In this document: positions 1 to 14,402 of the stretch, piece after piece
Layout: the number at the start of each line of letters is the position of its first letter
Numbering within the stretch: the first letter of the stretch is position 1
NCBI GenBank assembly: GCA_040954595.2
Contig: CM082587.2
Location: 7,057,705-7,121,704 of the forward strand
Reading direction: 5' to 3'
DNA: 64,000 bases
DNA from: Balanoglossus misakiensis
Taxonomy: Eukaryota; Animalia; Hemichordata
Position numbers and translations under genes: made by a program
The notes under the pieces: model-generated
What the model was told of the DNA's origin: nothing
Seen by the model: the letters and a program-made list of their open reading frames with translations, nothing else
Database searches by the model: none

Positions 1-491
1 CAGTATTAATCTATTCTATGCGGTGGTTCATCTTCGAGATTGCAGAATTGTAGGATTTTAATCAGGCAATCCGCACCCTCCTAGGTATAACCACCAAGTC
101 CATACATTATTAGACTACAATCTTGTAGTGTATTGTGGTTATTTTAAACTCCTAAATCCGCCCTTTAAAGTTGTGGCATAAACCCTTGAAATACAAGCTA
201 AATCAGTCTACCGGTACTGAATTATCAATGAACATTCGTCCAAGAATTTTATTACACCAATTCTCTTTACACTGCGCAAATAATATGGTAGTTAAACTGG
301 GTATGCCAACGAATAAAAGCCCCACAAATGCAGAATGGTGTCCTTGTTAAAAGTTGCTGAAACACTCATCATACACCATCCACTAACATTTTACTAATAA
401 TCTCACGTCGAGCAACTAAAATGGTCACCGCTGACAATGCAAATACAAGATGTCATAATATTTTTTTTCACATTTCTCCCACTTGACTTAC

Positions 492-598
492 CTTGATGCA
501 GACACAGAGAGAAAATGGTATGGTGATAAAAAACAAAAACCATGAGCAAAAGACAAGTACCCATCCACAGCAACCTATGGAATAGTCTGGATCACCCG
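492..598 (-). CDS. Stomatin/band-7 (SPFH) family protein, internal coding exon (membrane hairpin); gene continues beyond the left edge
   Basis: 107-nt exon between a ttttcAG acceptor and a GTAAGT donor. Encodes (x)GDPDYSIGCCGWVLVFCSWFLFFITIPFSLCVCIK, matching the stomatin/MEC-2 pattern G.CGW.L...S......T.P.S...CIK with a phase-1 upstream intron, as in vertebrate STOM exon 2. Confidence 0.85.
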
Positions 599-1529
599 CT
601 GAAAAAGAAAATGAAATAAGAAGTTGTGAGCATAGTTGTGTTCTTTAAATGTCTTTGATGAAACCTGGACAGAAAGCAAAGAGTTCAACATACTGGTGTT
701 AACTCCGAAAAATCCTGATCAAATTATATACAATGTTTTTCTAAAATGATGTTCAAAATATTGGCAAACCTAGCTTCAACAGTATATCCATTATAGATTG
801 AATGCATTTCATCCAAGCCGTCTGCACAAATGCTTGTCATATCCAAATGCAGCCATTGCTTATCAGTTTGTAGGGATTTTTTTTTACCTCAATCGACATA
901 GAAAATTCCTTTCACACTTATTTTGGTGACTGCGTATTTCTTTTGATGTGTGCATTGCCGAAATCTGCACATTAGTACAAACAAATTTTACAAATTTTGA
1001 AATATGCACTGTTCCCAAGTGTTTTCACTTCACTCCTAAATCGTTGACCATGGTTGCAGAAAGTTAATGAGATAAGCCCGAGTAAAGCCTCCAGCGACCA
1101 CTTGTCAGTAAATTATCTGTAAGGAGAACTCCCCGGGGACCTCAAAAGGGAGATTCCCTTATTTCCAAGGCTACAGATTTACCGGTAGACCGAAAAACTA
1201 ATCTCAGAAATGTGATGAATTGCGAAGATAGCAGGAAAAAAATGCTCATGCAAATGGAAATAAATTAACAAAACGGACATGCTGAAGATTTGGGCGTGAT
1301 TATCAAAGCGTGCCACATCATCATCACAAGCGAGTATCTTCCAGCCCGTTTAATAGTGCTTATTTGGTGAGAACCTGACTTATTTCAGGTGGTTTACCTG
1401 ACAGAAATATCTTTAAATGAAGCAGCTACATACAGATGGCAATTTCAATACTTTCACTGGATGTATCAATTAATGTGAATTGAATATCAATACAAGAACT
1501 GATTTAAATAAAAAGTTTTATCCTTTTTT

Positions 1530-1643
1530 GATGATGATGATGATGATGACGATGATGATGATGATGAAGATGACGACGATGACGTAGATGATGATGATGA
1601 TGATGATGATGACGATGACAAAGATGATGATGATGAAGACAAA

Positions 1644-1675
<32 letters not shown>

Positions 1676-1680
1676 CGATG
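1530..1680. repeat. (GAT)n microsatellite with GAC/GAA interruptions
   Basis: Directly visible; source of the spurious poly-S/I/M ORFs. Confidence 0.95.
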
Positions 1681-2565
1681 AACTCATACAATATATATAT
1701 ATCCCGCAACTCTGATACCCCTCTCTCACTGATAGCAAAATTGCGTAAATCACTAGCAGAATATGATATTACACATCAATTTGCTCTGTTGTCATGGTAT
1801 CCTACATGTTCCCAAGATCCATGTTGCGGAACCCCCTCGCAGTTCCGATTAATCATACATTGACATTATTGTCAAACTGTAATTACAATCTGTCAACCCT
1901 GGGACATTTCTGAAAGACATTTTGGATTATTGATAATCCCAATTCTATCAAGGATGACAAACACAGATACTTTATCTTGTTTTATGTATCAAAATAATTA
2001 AGACAATCGACCTATCATGAACTGAGAAATAAATGAACACGATGCTGTGATGAAAACCGAGACAGCTGCAGTATTTTCAAATAAATCTTTCTCTTTTGTC
2101 TCTTGGGTAACAAATGACAAGATTATGATCTGAGTCTCATACAGCATGCAGATGTTGGAGAGATCACCACACCGTCTAGTTCAACTTCAAGTGACAATTT
2201 CAAGTGTACATGTACATGATGTGCATGTTAAGAGAGTCTGGAGAAAGAATTGACAAACTGTTGGTAAATGACCTTGTGCATTGATTGTCAAAAAAGTCAT
2301 ACACAAATTGAGGAAAGGACAAGTTTAGGGTCGCTACCGGTTACCACTGCCAAGAACCACGCTCTCTTTGTTTGGTCTATAAATTATAAACGCAGCACAA
2401 TTCTGTGTCTGGTGAGAATATCAACAGAGACACACAGTCCTACCAATCCGGTCTCAGTTGGTGATCTGTGGAATGACCGTGGTTAGAACCTGCTGCTGGC
2501 ACAGCTGTGTTTTGTGGATATCTTTTGCAAAGCTAAATTTTTGCAGCTCTTCTGCTGACCTTTAA

Positions 2566-2914
2566 AAGGGACAAAGTCTCTCTCTCTCGCTGCCCTTTTT
2601 CCATTAATTATGTTTGATACCAGACACCGTTTATGTTATTCTACATGTGGATATATAGTGAATCAATGTTCAACCATGCACAACTTCCATCCCACTTGTA
2701 GACGCAAGAGTGAAAAACTCGCCAAAATGAATAATCGGTGTTTACCATTTATTCATTTTGGCGAAATTGTTTCTCTCATATCCTACAAACGGGATGGAAG
2801 TTGTGTGTGATCGAACGTTGATTCACTATATATCCACATGTAGAATAACATAAATGGTGTCTTGTATCAAACATAGTTAATAGAAAAAGGGCAGCGAGAG
2901 AGAGAATTTGTCCT
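2566..2914. mobile_element. Foldback-type MITE, Kolobok-like (TTAA flanks, AG..CT termini)
   Basis: About 350-bp imperfect palindrome centred near 2740 (GGACAAA...TTTGTCC ends) with TTAA at 2562-2565 and 2915-2918. Confidence 0.75.
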
Positions 2915-3800
2915 TTAAGTTTGGAAGTGTAACTTAGACGTTGTGACTAAATGACAGATTATTAATCAGTTTCCTAGACGCCTTCTTCAGTGTGTCATTT
3001 GACAAATTGACAGGTTTACAGTGCAGCCATTCATACTTTGCAGACTTTTTGAATAAAAGCTAATGTAATAAGCGCCAGCCATACTCAAGTTTTGCTTCCA
3101 AAAGATTTGGAAGTAGAACTTATCAGGGAATTCCCAGGATTTATCTCCAGAATCTCCCAAAATAATCATTTTAAGTGATTTCTCCAATTAAAAAGTCAGA
3201 GAAGGCTGGAGATTCATGATCAATTAAATAAAATTTCAGACATATCCAGGAATTAATTTTGCAAAAATGTATCCCGGCTATTAAAAAAATTTGACAAGAC
3301 ATTGTAGACAAAAAACTAATCCAAGTAAAGGGAACATCATCCCACGCAGGTGAAATACTCAGATCAAAGTATAAATCAAATGAACCAAATCATGTAATTA
3401 AAAATATTAAAGACAGTGATGCACTACCACTTAAAAAAATTACATAGAAATGAAAAAACTTGTTTTTTAAGCTTATCTCTGACTGTACACTGTTGTTAAG
3501 ACAAACAGCATCATAAACAACAACAACAAAACTAACAAATAAACTGCTACCATCGTAGAAAGAGAAACTGGGTTTTTTCTACATTGGCAGGTGAAACGAT
3601 AATATGAATGTCACAGATATGGAAAGGTCGGTTTCATATATTTAAGTGGTTGCACACAAACGATGTAATCAGTAAAATGGAGCAGCAACTTGTCAATGCC
3701 GCATGGCTATCTGCTACTGTTTGATGGATTGGACGAGGTGAATATAAATCCACCTCCCCCCCCCAAAAAAAAAAAATCTCAGCGACTCAAAATAATGTAC

Positions 3801-3903
3801 CTGCCACTGACAGCTTGAAACACCAGCATATTCCGACAAGCACCGCTACGGCGAAGATTCCATAGGCGAAAAACTGGCCAAATGATCCAAAGTGCATGTA
3901 CAT
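3801..3903 (-). CDS. Candidate alternative first exon of the stomatin-family gene encoding a hydrophobic segment
   Basis: Encodes MYMHFGSFGQFFAYGIFAVAVLVGICWCFKLSVA then a CAG|GTACAT phase-1 donor. CpG-rich region upstream (3900-4150). Confidence 0.3.
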
Positions 3904-6900
3904 TATTCCATGGCAGCAACTCGGAGTTTCGCCGGCTCCGTCTCTCGACTTAACGCGAATTACCCGAGAAAGTAAAAAGTGCCACAACCGTGCAGCTTCA
4001 TTCACATCAGCCAACCGTTCAGCAGACATCTGATCCAATTTTAACCCGCGCCTCAAGAGGGCAGGCTGCGCATTTTTCACACGTGCTGTCAGCTCTCGCG
4101 GTTCTTTCAGACTACACGTCAGCTCTCGCATCCGATCGGTCAGACTCCAAATGTACATTTGGTATACATTTCACAGCCACAAAGAACTTGCCAAAAAATG
4201 ACTGATTGCATCAAACAAAAATGTTCCTTCTCCTCATTCAAATCAAATCACTCTGACAGTATTTCTATCAAAACAATTCTATCCGTCTTAAATGCCCATT
4301 TATCGTGTACGGGTTTGTGCATAGAATTTCCCTTTATCAATTAGCTAGATTGAAAACAACTGGTCTGGGTCTGACACTCGCATTGCATTATGAATTAACG
4401 TGTTACCTTTTATATCATTTCTCTCAACGAATGAATAGATGAACTTTAGTGATTTGATCACTACATGTTAATATTTTCTATAACTCTGCTTGTTTTGTTT
4501 TCACAACTTTATAATTTTTCAGCAATTAAAATGGACATTTTTGACATAACATGAAGAAAATATTAAAGCTCACTGATCTTTAAAGTAGACTTCAACTGTC
4601 CAAATTGCAAATAATGTGAATGTCCAAAATGAGAAAATAAAAAAACTAATTTGCCTTTCTGTAAGAATTATAGTTTTAATACAAACATTTTATGGAAATA
4701 AAAAGGCCTAGAGAAACAATTTTCATGAATGATAACTAATTCTTATGACTGACATGATAAAATATATGTTGAACAAGGGGCGAGCTGCCCTCTATTGGCA
4801 AGATCCACACACTTCTTACATTTCACCTCTAGAGGGCACTCATTCAATGTTGAGTTTCTCCTTTAAAAGGCAGAGTTAGGGGTGCTTTATTAAAAGGACT
4901 GTCAATTTCAAGGACATGTGACATCACAGTCATGAAACCTGGGCAGAACCTTGTATAATGAGTAATTGCTGGATTTTAATGTGATGAAAATTAAACTAAA
5001 AGTTTGCTCAAGAATACGAACCCCGCTTCAAACATGTAAAAAATATCTGAACACAGCATGCTGAATTCTAGTAGTTTTGAAAAAATTCTGTATTCATATT
5101 GCTATTATACATAAGGTGCTGCAAATCATCTTCTAAATAACAACAATGACCTTGACAATGAAGACAAATGTCGGTCAACTATTGTGACAAAACCTTGACA
5201 TGTTGAGATTTTATAAATCGTTGTCAAATTGTCATTTGCACCTGTCTACTTCAATGGATGAACATCAATGTAAAATTTCCATATACAGATTATAAATATT
5301 GAATGTTTTGAAATTTTAGTTCAAGAAAGTATACCCTAGGTGTGCTTCTAGTGTACCAGAATTTGGTAAGGGCTTATATACATTGCCAGATTACAAAAAT
5401 CCATGTCTCTCAGGAAATATCATGATTTATCTGACCTTTCATATCACAAATCAGAATGTCTCCGGACCTGTCAAGATACGTTTGTTATTTGTCGACTTAG
5501 AGTTTTAGGTGGATGTCATGATAAATGGCATGGTTTCAAGTCAACAGGACAGGGTTTTTTTCCATTCCTGCAGAAAGACAGACTAGTCCAGAAAAGGTGG
5601 ATAGTCTCTGGTGACAGATTGCAATTTAATTCTACCTAATATCCTTTCTATTGTTCGATAATGCGACAATGAATTATGTTAAATGCCTCTTCAAATGCCA
5701 TCGTGATTGCTATAACAGGTTTTCTCGTTTTTCAACACAATGGTTTTTAAAGACTTAATTAAAATGCTTTATTGGCAATGTTATCCACTGTCACAGGCAA
5801 ATGGACCTAGATGTTGACAACTGTCACATAATCGCCAAGTTTGCATTTTGTCTGATAATGAAGTTGACATTTCCCCATTTACCGTAATCGGGTTTACATT
5901 CTGACTGAAATCAAATTAAAGTTTCCATTAGAATTAAGTAGTGGGCTATTGAATGTGATCTTCACTGTGTCCCAGTTTGCTCCAGTATATTTTCAGGTAT
6001 TAAACACAGAATGGGGACAAATATTCAAAGGGAAAAAAGGGAAATCTAGAGTTAAAGGGAATTTAGTTGTATCTTTTGGGTTTATTTTCAGTATTTTTGT
6101 TCTGTGTACCAAATAAAATTTCTTGTTGTACAACTAATGAATCTTATTGCGATGTTTTCAAAAATCACACCGAAAAATCATACTTTACAAGTAAATTGTA
6201 CGATTCTGTGACCACAATTTACAATTTATAATCGTATTCATCTGTTAACATTCTATCATTCTATCAGATTTGCCCGGTAACTGCCAGTATGCAAAGCACC
6301 ACTTAACAAATTCTTGAGGACGCGACGATCAACACCTGCTTTGATAACAGGGTCACCAATTAGGCTGCCATCTTTATCAGTTCCGGGTGGAGTCTTTTCA
6401 GCCTGTAGCCATGACAACAGGACTTTGAAGGCAAAGAACGAGCATTTGCACAAAATAAACACGGCTTTCGGAAGAGGGGTCAAGCGGAGATCAAACCCTG
6501 TTTGGATTTCCGTGGCAGCCGTCACGCGCGGACTAAACGCTGAATTCACCCGGGAGACGCATAAAAAATGGCATCCTGCGATTTCGTTTTTCTGTCGCGC
6601 CAGCATGATGCAACTGAGGGAGTCGGAGGGATATAATCAGTACTTTCGAAAAACGTCAAACACAAAACGCATTTCCTGAAAAATCCTACGCTTTTCAGTC
6701 AATCTGTCATCTCTGAGTACTAGCTAGAACACGTACACAGACAAAAAAACACTTTTATCTTCTGCCTTGAATTGAATGCATACATTCTTCTCCCTTGCGG
6801 GAAAAATATCAGTAACGCGTACTTACAATTCAAATTTTTCTGGCCTTTCGCACGCTATATGCAACTTTTCCAGTTTCCTTATTCTTTTCATCAATAATGG

Positions 6901-8871
6901 TTATTTCCATCTCAATTGAAGTCAACTACCCTGTTAGACCCGGTGCTAAGATTTAAGTCAGTTTCCTTACATGAAATGAGGGAAGCGCCAAAGTTGACAT
7001 TTGTGTGCCGGGAAATGAGAATTGATGCACGTTTCTTGCGGCAACATGACATTTGCATACAGGTGGTATACGAGGTGTTATGATATTTTGTGAGCATTTA
7101 GAGAAAGCCTATACCATGCAGGTAATTGGACTACCCGCAGAGAAATGATGGACCCTGACGGCAAACATTCATCACAGCAGTTTCGTGTAACAAAAATATC
7201 CGTATGCCCAGGGACAATGCACGACTGCATACATCAAGCTGGATGAAACAAATTTTTCTTGATATTTCATTTAAATGAAAATCCCATCATTTGATTTTAT
7301 CTTTGGTGCAATTTATTTTTCCTGTGTGAGATAATTAGAGTCGATCGTGTCCAGGGCAGTCAGACAATTTAAAATTCTGCATGAGTACATCAAATTAACC
7401 GTTCTTGTCCCAAGTATGATAGTAATAATTAAATGTATACATCAGAATACTAATATTTTCATGCTGGGAAATTTAAATTACAAGGCTACTTTGCTTTGTT
7501 TTCTTTATTACTTTTATTCTATTCATTATATCAAATAGATGACAGCCAACATATAGTATCCTCAACACTGGACCACAATGCCTTCTTTGTGGTTAATAAC
7601 AATCATGATGACAAATTTCGATTTCAGGAAAAAAACAATGTAGCAGAAAAGACACATCCCTGATATTACTAAAATCACGCACCTATTCTCATTATTTCTT
7701 GAAACTCAATCACCAGTGTCTTTTGATGAACCCTTCCACCCCTCGCGCCAAGTAAACACATCCAATTATCACACCCCTCATGAAGATGGAGAAGTAGAGT
7801 TAAGACCCAACATGAATATGGCATGTACAGAAACTGCATACAGTAATTCCTGTTGATATCATATTACTGGATAAAACCAATCGATCATGTTTTATGAATT
7901 TGCCATTTTATTATGCATCATGCATTAAGCGAACCACCTGTTGAAACTGAAGCCGAGACAAATTGCGCTGCGCTGTCGATCATGAAAATTGAGCTGTACA
8001 TTTAGGAAGTTGCAAGGCTACATGCAGCAAAATTTTTGCAGATTTTCCATTAAACTACTTGTACCATACTGTTTTCACACTGTCATATGATACTGTTTTT
8101 CTTCTTTAATTAATGCTAAGCCAGTTTTCTTTTAAGCTGTCTACAATCCTCCGATCACTCTAAAGCTTGTGCAAATTTCAAGCCTCTAGGGTACTTACAC
8201 ACCAGGTACACTACTACACTGCGCCCGCGGGCAAAATAATACATCTTGATTTACGCATCCCAGGGGTGGCCCTACGGTACAGATTAAAGTCATAAATTAC
8301 CAATTACATTCAGGCACGGTTACCAGAAACGACAGTTAGGAAACTCTGATATTGAGGTGTCAATGGGGGATTATAGCTGGGCCTATAAACCTCCAAACTC
8401 AGCCAGGGAAACTCAGCGAACTTTCCTAACAACATCACAGCATGCAGTGCTGTCTTGCAACTTTATCCAGGCACTGACATGTATCCATATGTTAAACACA
8501 GGACAAACAATGCATTACGACCCATCGTGTTAAACGGTGGAAAAGTTACAATTTTCGTTATAAAACTCTGCACCTATTCTAATGTCATACAAAGCTTGAA
8601 TTGTATTAATCCATTGTTTGGTATAACCACGTCTTGCGACATCTTGCAATGAGTGGAAAGTCATCTATATTCTGAGTCTCATTTTGATATCATCCTCTGA
8701 CAACCGGTATAAAAGAAAACGTAGCAAACTGTATCAAGTAGTGGAGAGGTGACTGTGAAAGTGCACGAATGGTTCAGAGATGTCAAAGTTTCCACATCTA
8801 CAGCTGTGTCCACCCACGCCAGACCTGCCAATCTTCCGTGTTTTCTACTTCTTCAGGTCTGTAGGTCTCAC

Positions 8872-8914
8872 CTTCATGTTCAGGATTTGTGGATGATGCC
8901 TCTCTGGAGACCAT
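8872..8914 (-). CDS. Candidate alternative 5' coding exon of the stomatin-family gene
   Basis: Acceptor tctgtcAG at 8973-8974, AAGATGG start, MVSREASSTNPEHE, then a G|GTGAGA phase-1 donor. Confidence 0.3.
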
Positions 8915-11886
8915 CTTTGAGAACGGCTCGGGCAAGCAAACAGAACCGTTCTCTTGCACTGTCGTTGATAGTCTGACAGATAAATACGGTAAAATGCACT
9001 TTAAGCCCAAGTAGTACCAGAGTGTGCCTCGAAAATCAACATCTTAAACTTTTTTCTCATATTTTGGTCAAAGCAATTAAGGTTATTCTCTCATTTGAAA
9101 ATAAAAATCGGGAGTCACCCATCATGGCAAACTGTTAAATGAATTCAAGAGCAAAATTTTTCTACTTTGAAATTCAAAATGGCCATCACCTATGTGTTAA
9201 GTCTATGGAGAAAAATTAAAACAAGGTGGTGAACATCATCAATTATTTTTTGCAATTGAATAACTTAGTAAATTTAGGAACAAACTTAGTAAATTAGCAT
9301 ATATCATTGCTGTTTACTTTTGTTAAATTTTCACTTTGAATCATGCGCAATGGAAAACTCTGTCATCTAATGCTGCATTATTTATAACTCAGGTGCTAAA
9401 CTTTTAAGTCTTAAAAAATTAATATTTACTGACATTTTAAAAACATTAAATATTTCAATATTCACACAAATGATTTACTACCCAATCCTATTTCATTTCA
9501 GAGCTGGGCATTAGAAAAAGGAAAGCTCATAATCATATAAAATATTAAATATGTAAAGTGATCACTCTCTAAAGGGACAGTCACTTTCCAGTTTGAGATA
9601 CTAGTATATATGTTTCTCATACGTTCTGGGTTCAACTGAGCCAATTAAATTTTCACTGAGTTTTTGAGGGTGTGGGGAAACTTTTATAAAAAACTTAGTT
9701 TGTTAATATCCCACAAGTTATCACCGACTACATGTTACTCCTACTTTGGCTAAATTTGGCATTATTTTCTGTATTTTAAATTTGCGGGTCTGAAGAGAGT
9801 ACAAAGAATGTACTGGGAAATATTTATATGAATATGCAATATACTTGAAACCACTGATATCATAGATACAAATTACGTATGTAAAAAAAAATCCATGGTA
9901 AACAGACAATTTTGATTTTATTAATGACATTATGTTATGCTGCTGTTAGGTTTTGATAATGAATATTACAAGTATATAATTATTAAATACACAATCAACT
10001 TTTGACATTTTAGGCACATGGACATATACATCAACAAATACTCCATATTTGTCTGTCTGGTAGTACAAGATGCAACATGCATGTTTTATATTTGCTGTTC
10101 CCAAACCATACCGGTTGATCAGTTACTTTAAAACTACCATATGGAAACATGTCTGATATCACAAAGAATAAATTTTTAATAATCATGAGCATATGTGATA
10201 ATGCTGTATGTCCCACAATGAATTACACATGTGGCTTTTGCAAAATACATTAACAGGCAATACAGATTGGTTTTGCTGGCGTCAGTATTTATAGTGTTGA
10301 TATATATATAGCATATTCACTATGTGTCATCTGCCACCTCAATTAAGTTACTCAAAAGTATTAGTGAATTAACAATGGCTATGCATTGACAAAATGTATC
10401 TGGGTTGTTCAGAACTACAAAAGTCACCGTACTATCATGATTAAATCTCGCACACAATGGCATGTCAACTATCAGAATGTTGCATTAGGAAAATTTGACC
10501 TAAAAAAGACACAGCGCAGTGTCAGCATATCTGCATGCATGAAACCATTCACTAAAAATATGATGGCTCATTTGGGTGAACATATAAGCTTATAATAGCC
10601 TTATGGTCTATTGCAATTACTGGACTTTCTTTACACATACCAGTACATTTATTGTATATAATTATCAGGTTATATCCAGAGTAAAATTCTATATATGCAT
10701 AGCTCCAGTTACAATATGGCATTAATATCATTTCATACCGATCAATTTCTACGGTATTCGCATCCCTTCACTGACAATGTTTCATATATTGCAAATGGTT
10801 TTACTTGTGCCCTACACTGCATAATACTAATCTGATAGAAACGTGACCTTTCACCCCTGCTCATTAGTTGCCAATCAAAGCACTCCTTTCACGGCATCCA
10901 AAATTGAAACATTACAGTTGACAAGTTCACAGCTTTTCCTTTCATTTGTGGCACGCTCTGACCGCAACATGTCGGCAAACACAAACTTGACAGCATGAGT
11001 GGCTGAAACTGTGCCAGAAAGTTGATGAGGTGAAACGAGCTCACGGTGTAGAGGTTAATGGTGTGTGAATAATACATGACCTTCTGGGGGTTCGCAGAAT
11101 CGTCATGGAAACACCTATACAGTAAATTCACTTCAGATAGATCAACATTTTTTTCTCCCAATTCTTAATTTTCAAGAGATACATGGATATATTAATTGCG
11201 AGCTTCTTAATTTTTCATCAGGAGATTTAATGACTCCGGTTGAAAATTGCATATATCTATTTTTAAATACATACCTCTCTTTGTGTAATTGTAATAAAAT
11301 ATCCATTTATGTGTACACTATGCATTGTTGTCAACTAATGAATCAATCACTAATTGGTTACACACGTAGACAGTAATAGCTTTCAGAATGCACTTAATTT
11401 CAGTGTCTGAAAGCACATTTAGATTTTAAAATCTGTGATAATAATATTTTTCAGAATATTTGTCCAATTATAGGTCTTCCCTCCCTACAAAGAAATTTGA
11501 GCATCTCAGATACATCTACATTTGTATATCACATTTCAAGTCTCAGTCTCTTTCCAGAAAAATTTCCAATGGGGATCCTTTTGTGAGAACATATTACCAC
11601 CTGCAACCATGTATGAATGCAAGGAAACATGATCATTTCAGTTTTTGTATTGTCTGAGACAAACATGCAGTATATTGGCTTCATGCACATAGTTTCAACT
11701 ATCACACCCAGTTAAAAATTACTGTTGGAAGCTAGGGGCTTTATAGTAACCTCAAGCCTTCAATTGTGGATCCTTTTAAAGCGCGTATCTCGTCTCACGC
11801 ACATGCGCGTAACTTCCCAACAAATTTTAGGTTCAATGCATTCAAATAGTGGACTGCCTTCGCTTCCTTCCATATTTCATGCGCAC

Positions 11887-11974
11887 CGTATAAGTAGATT
11901 CTGGTTTTGTCCCTCCTTTTCACCCAAGCTAGTGTCTTTTCCTGATCTCCGACACAGATTATGGTCGCCGCCAT
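11887..11974 (-). CDS. Candidate alternative first exon of the stomatin-family gene
   Basis: AAGATGGCGGC (YY1-like motif overlapping the ATG), MAATIICVGDQEKTLAWVKRRDKTRIYLY, then a weak G|GTGCGC phase-1 donor. NRF1-like CGCACATGCGCG near 11798. Confidence 0.25.
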
Positions 11975-14380
11975 CTTCTCTGTTGTTAGGACAGAACACT
12001 GCAATATATGGGATTGACTGTTCACAAAATGTCTGTAACCAGCGGCTGCAGCTGGAACATGCGTGTGAGACGAGCTACGTGCTTCAATTGTTTAATTATG
12101 AGGATTCTGTCCCCAGCTTTCTCTCAATGACACCCAGTGAAGTTATGAACACATGTACATTTTGTGACATGTCGGCAAAGCAAACAAGCATCCGATCGAT
12201 GGAGCATAAAATTTGCCAATACAGACATGTACATGTATCATTGAACAAATTCTGTATGCTGAGTTCGTTTATGGAGCTAACAAACACCACAGCCGGTCAA
12301 TTAAATGCCTGAATTCAGATAGCCTTCTGAGTGGTTGGGATAACCGAAGTCACTGGGCATGTGAAATATTGTGGAATAATTCAAGTTGCAAGAATTCATC
12401 TGATACAAACAGTTGTGGATGTCATTGTTAGCTTCATTTGGGAATTCATACTGCATACATGTTCCTATCATCAGGGATCAAGGTACATGTACGTCACAAG
12501 CTAAGCATGTCTAGTACCTTTGTTATGCCAGCTAAGCTTCTTATAGTATACTCTTATGTTTATAGACAGGACAGTTAGAAGAAAAGCCTTCAGTTCTCAG
12601 AATGTGAAAAATATACAAACCATGGCTCGTACATTACACTGTTGTAAATTACATTCAGGCACAGAAAACAGGCTGAGAATCAAATTCTCTACCATACAAG
12701 ATATTTTCATTACATCCTTGGTGTCACTATTAAAATAGTTGCTAAAGAGATATTGAATTGATCCCTGTGTGGTGATAAACTGTCATTGATATTACCCTAT
12801 AAACCGGGAGATTTTGTGAGGACAACAATGTGATAAAAGCGAATTAATGCATCTTGGAGAATCCATTAAATTAGCAAACCTAAAGTTTGATACAAAATAT
12901 TTGCTCAAAATACAGTTTTTTTTATTAAAAAGTCATATTGAAGATGAGAGATCTGGTAATTTTAAATTTATGTAAAAACTTATTTAATGACCTTTTTATC
13001 ACAATTTTTCTAACACACAATGAGGTAACAATCATTATCTGTAAGCTATTATCTCACATACTGCACACCAATAATAGATTGCATAGACATAACAGATAGT
13101 GTTAGATAAACAATATTACTTTTCCCCACAATCCAATTTAATATTTAGAACTCGCCATTTGTTTAATACTACACGTACATGTACCGTACATCATTTGGCA
13201 ATTACACTGTACGCTCTTCAATCACAATCCTTCAATTTTAATGAGGAGGTGACAGTTACCATGGGAATGTCATGTTTTAATATTTGGTATGACAAATGAA
13301 CTGTGGGCAAGCTGCTTGTCATCTACATAGCGTGACACTAAATGCTTTGACAATTCAACTTTTCTCTGCCTGTTTGTCAATATATGCCACAACTTCGTAT
13401 TTTGTTTCTGTGCAATTTTATTCAACCTTGCATTTATCTGAAATTCATGAAAAATTTAGTTTGAAGATACAGTATTCGAGTTTTTTCTGGTTTTCCACCT
13501 ATCAAATGACACATTGAGTATTATGAGTTCTGGTAAATGAAAAATTATACCAACTCAATGATGGGAGGCATATAATAATAGGATTACACACAAAATTCAC
13601 CCATCACTGATGTTTGGGCTTGGGCTCCATACGAGTAATAGAATATTAATCTCACACCCCCAAGGACTGGCATTAAATTTCTTACATGAGTTGGGGGATA
13701 TGCAATAAATGTCTCAAAGGAGCTACTGGCGAGTGTTAGACAAAAATCCCCAACTTGTGCGAGAAATCTTATCCCATTTCCTGGGGTGCCTGATATTTCT
13801 CACATGACAACAAATTCGTCGAATTCGCATTAGAAAAATTGAATAATTGATTGTGTAACAGTCGCCTGGCGCATTGTAGTTTCTGACCATTTATTATGCA
13901 TCAAGCCATTGGATGAAACTGCTCACACGTTAATAATAAAACATTTATCATCCAATCGGTGCTCGTGTCATATCACTTTCTTAGCTGTGAGAGTGTGGGA
14001 TCGATTTATCCCACACTATCGATCACACACTCCCAGTGGCCAGGAGTGTGGGAATTAGGTATTGGACTCATTTACATACAGAGAGCCCTAATCTGTATGT
14101 GGCCATATTTTGTGAACATTAACTCTATACTAGGACTTTCTACTTTACTAATTACCATTATAAACTAGTGTCATCTCTTAATTGCTATCTAAGTAAAACA
14201 TGGCTTTAAATAGACTTTTTATATTACTCAATTTCAATTAAATACCTGTCATTCAATCTCTTGTCATATTAATAATTTAGTTTCAAGTAATCTTTGTACG
14301 AAAATGTAATTATCTAGAGTGCCCACAACTTGGCAGCCAATCAGATATATTGCAGTATAGTGAGTTTAATTGTTGTAAAT

Positions 14381-14402
14381 CAATCTGATTAAAATCAGAT
14401 TG
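14381..14402. mobile_element. 22-bp minimal derivative of the CAATCTGATT MITE family with 9-bp TSD
   Basis: CAATCTGATTAAAATCAGATTG flanked by GTTGTAAAT at 14372-14380 and 14403-14411. Confidence 0.75.

Noticed and set aside
1487-1863. Poly-Ser, poly-Ile and poly-Met ORFs
   Set aside because: Translations of the (GAT)n microsatellite.
6052-6900. CpG-richer block with 116/121-aa ORFs and a GTAAGT donor at 6821-6826
   Set aside because: No ATG-initiated phase-1 frame, no recognisable protein, and no clear TIR/TSD pair; possibly an old TE or non-coding exon.
11725-12312. 195-aa plus-strand ORF
   Set aside because: Non-ATG start, no domain similarity and no splice support.
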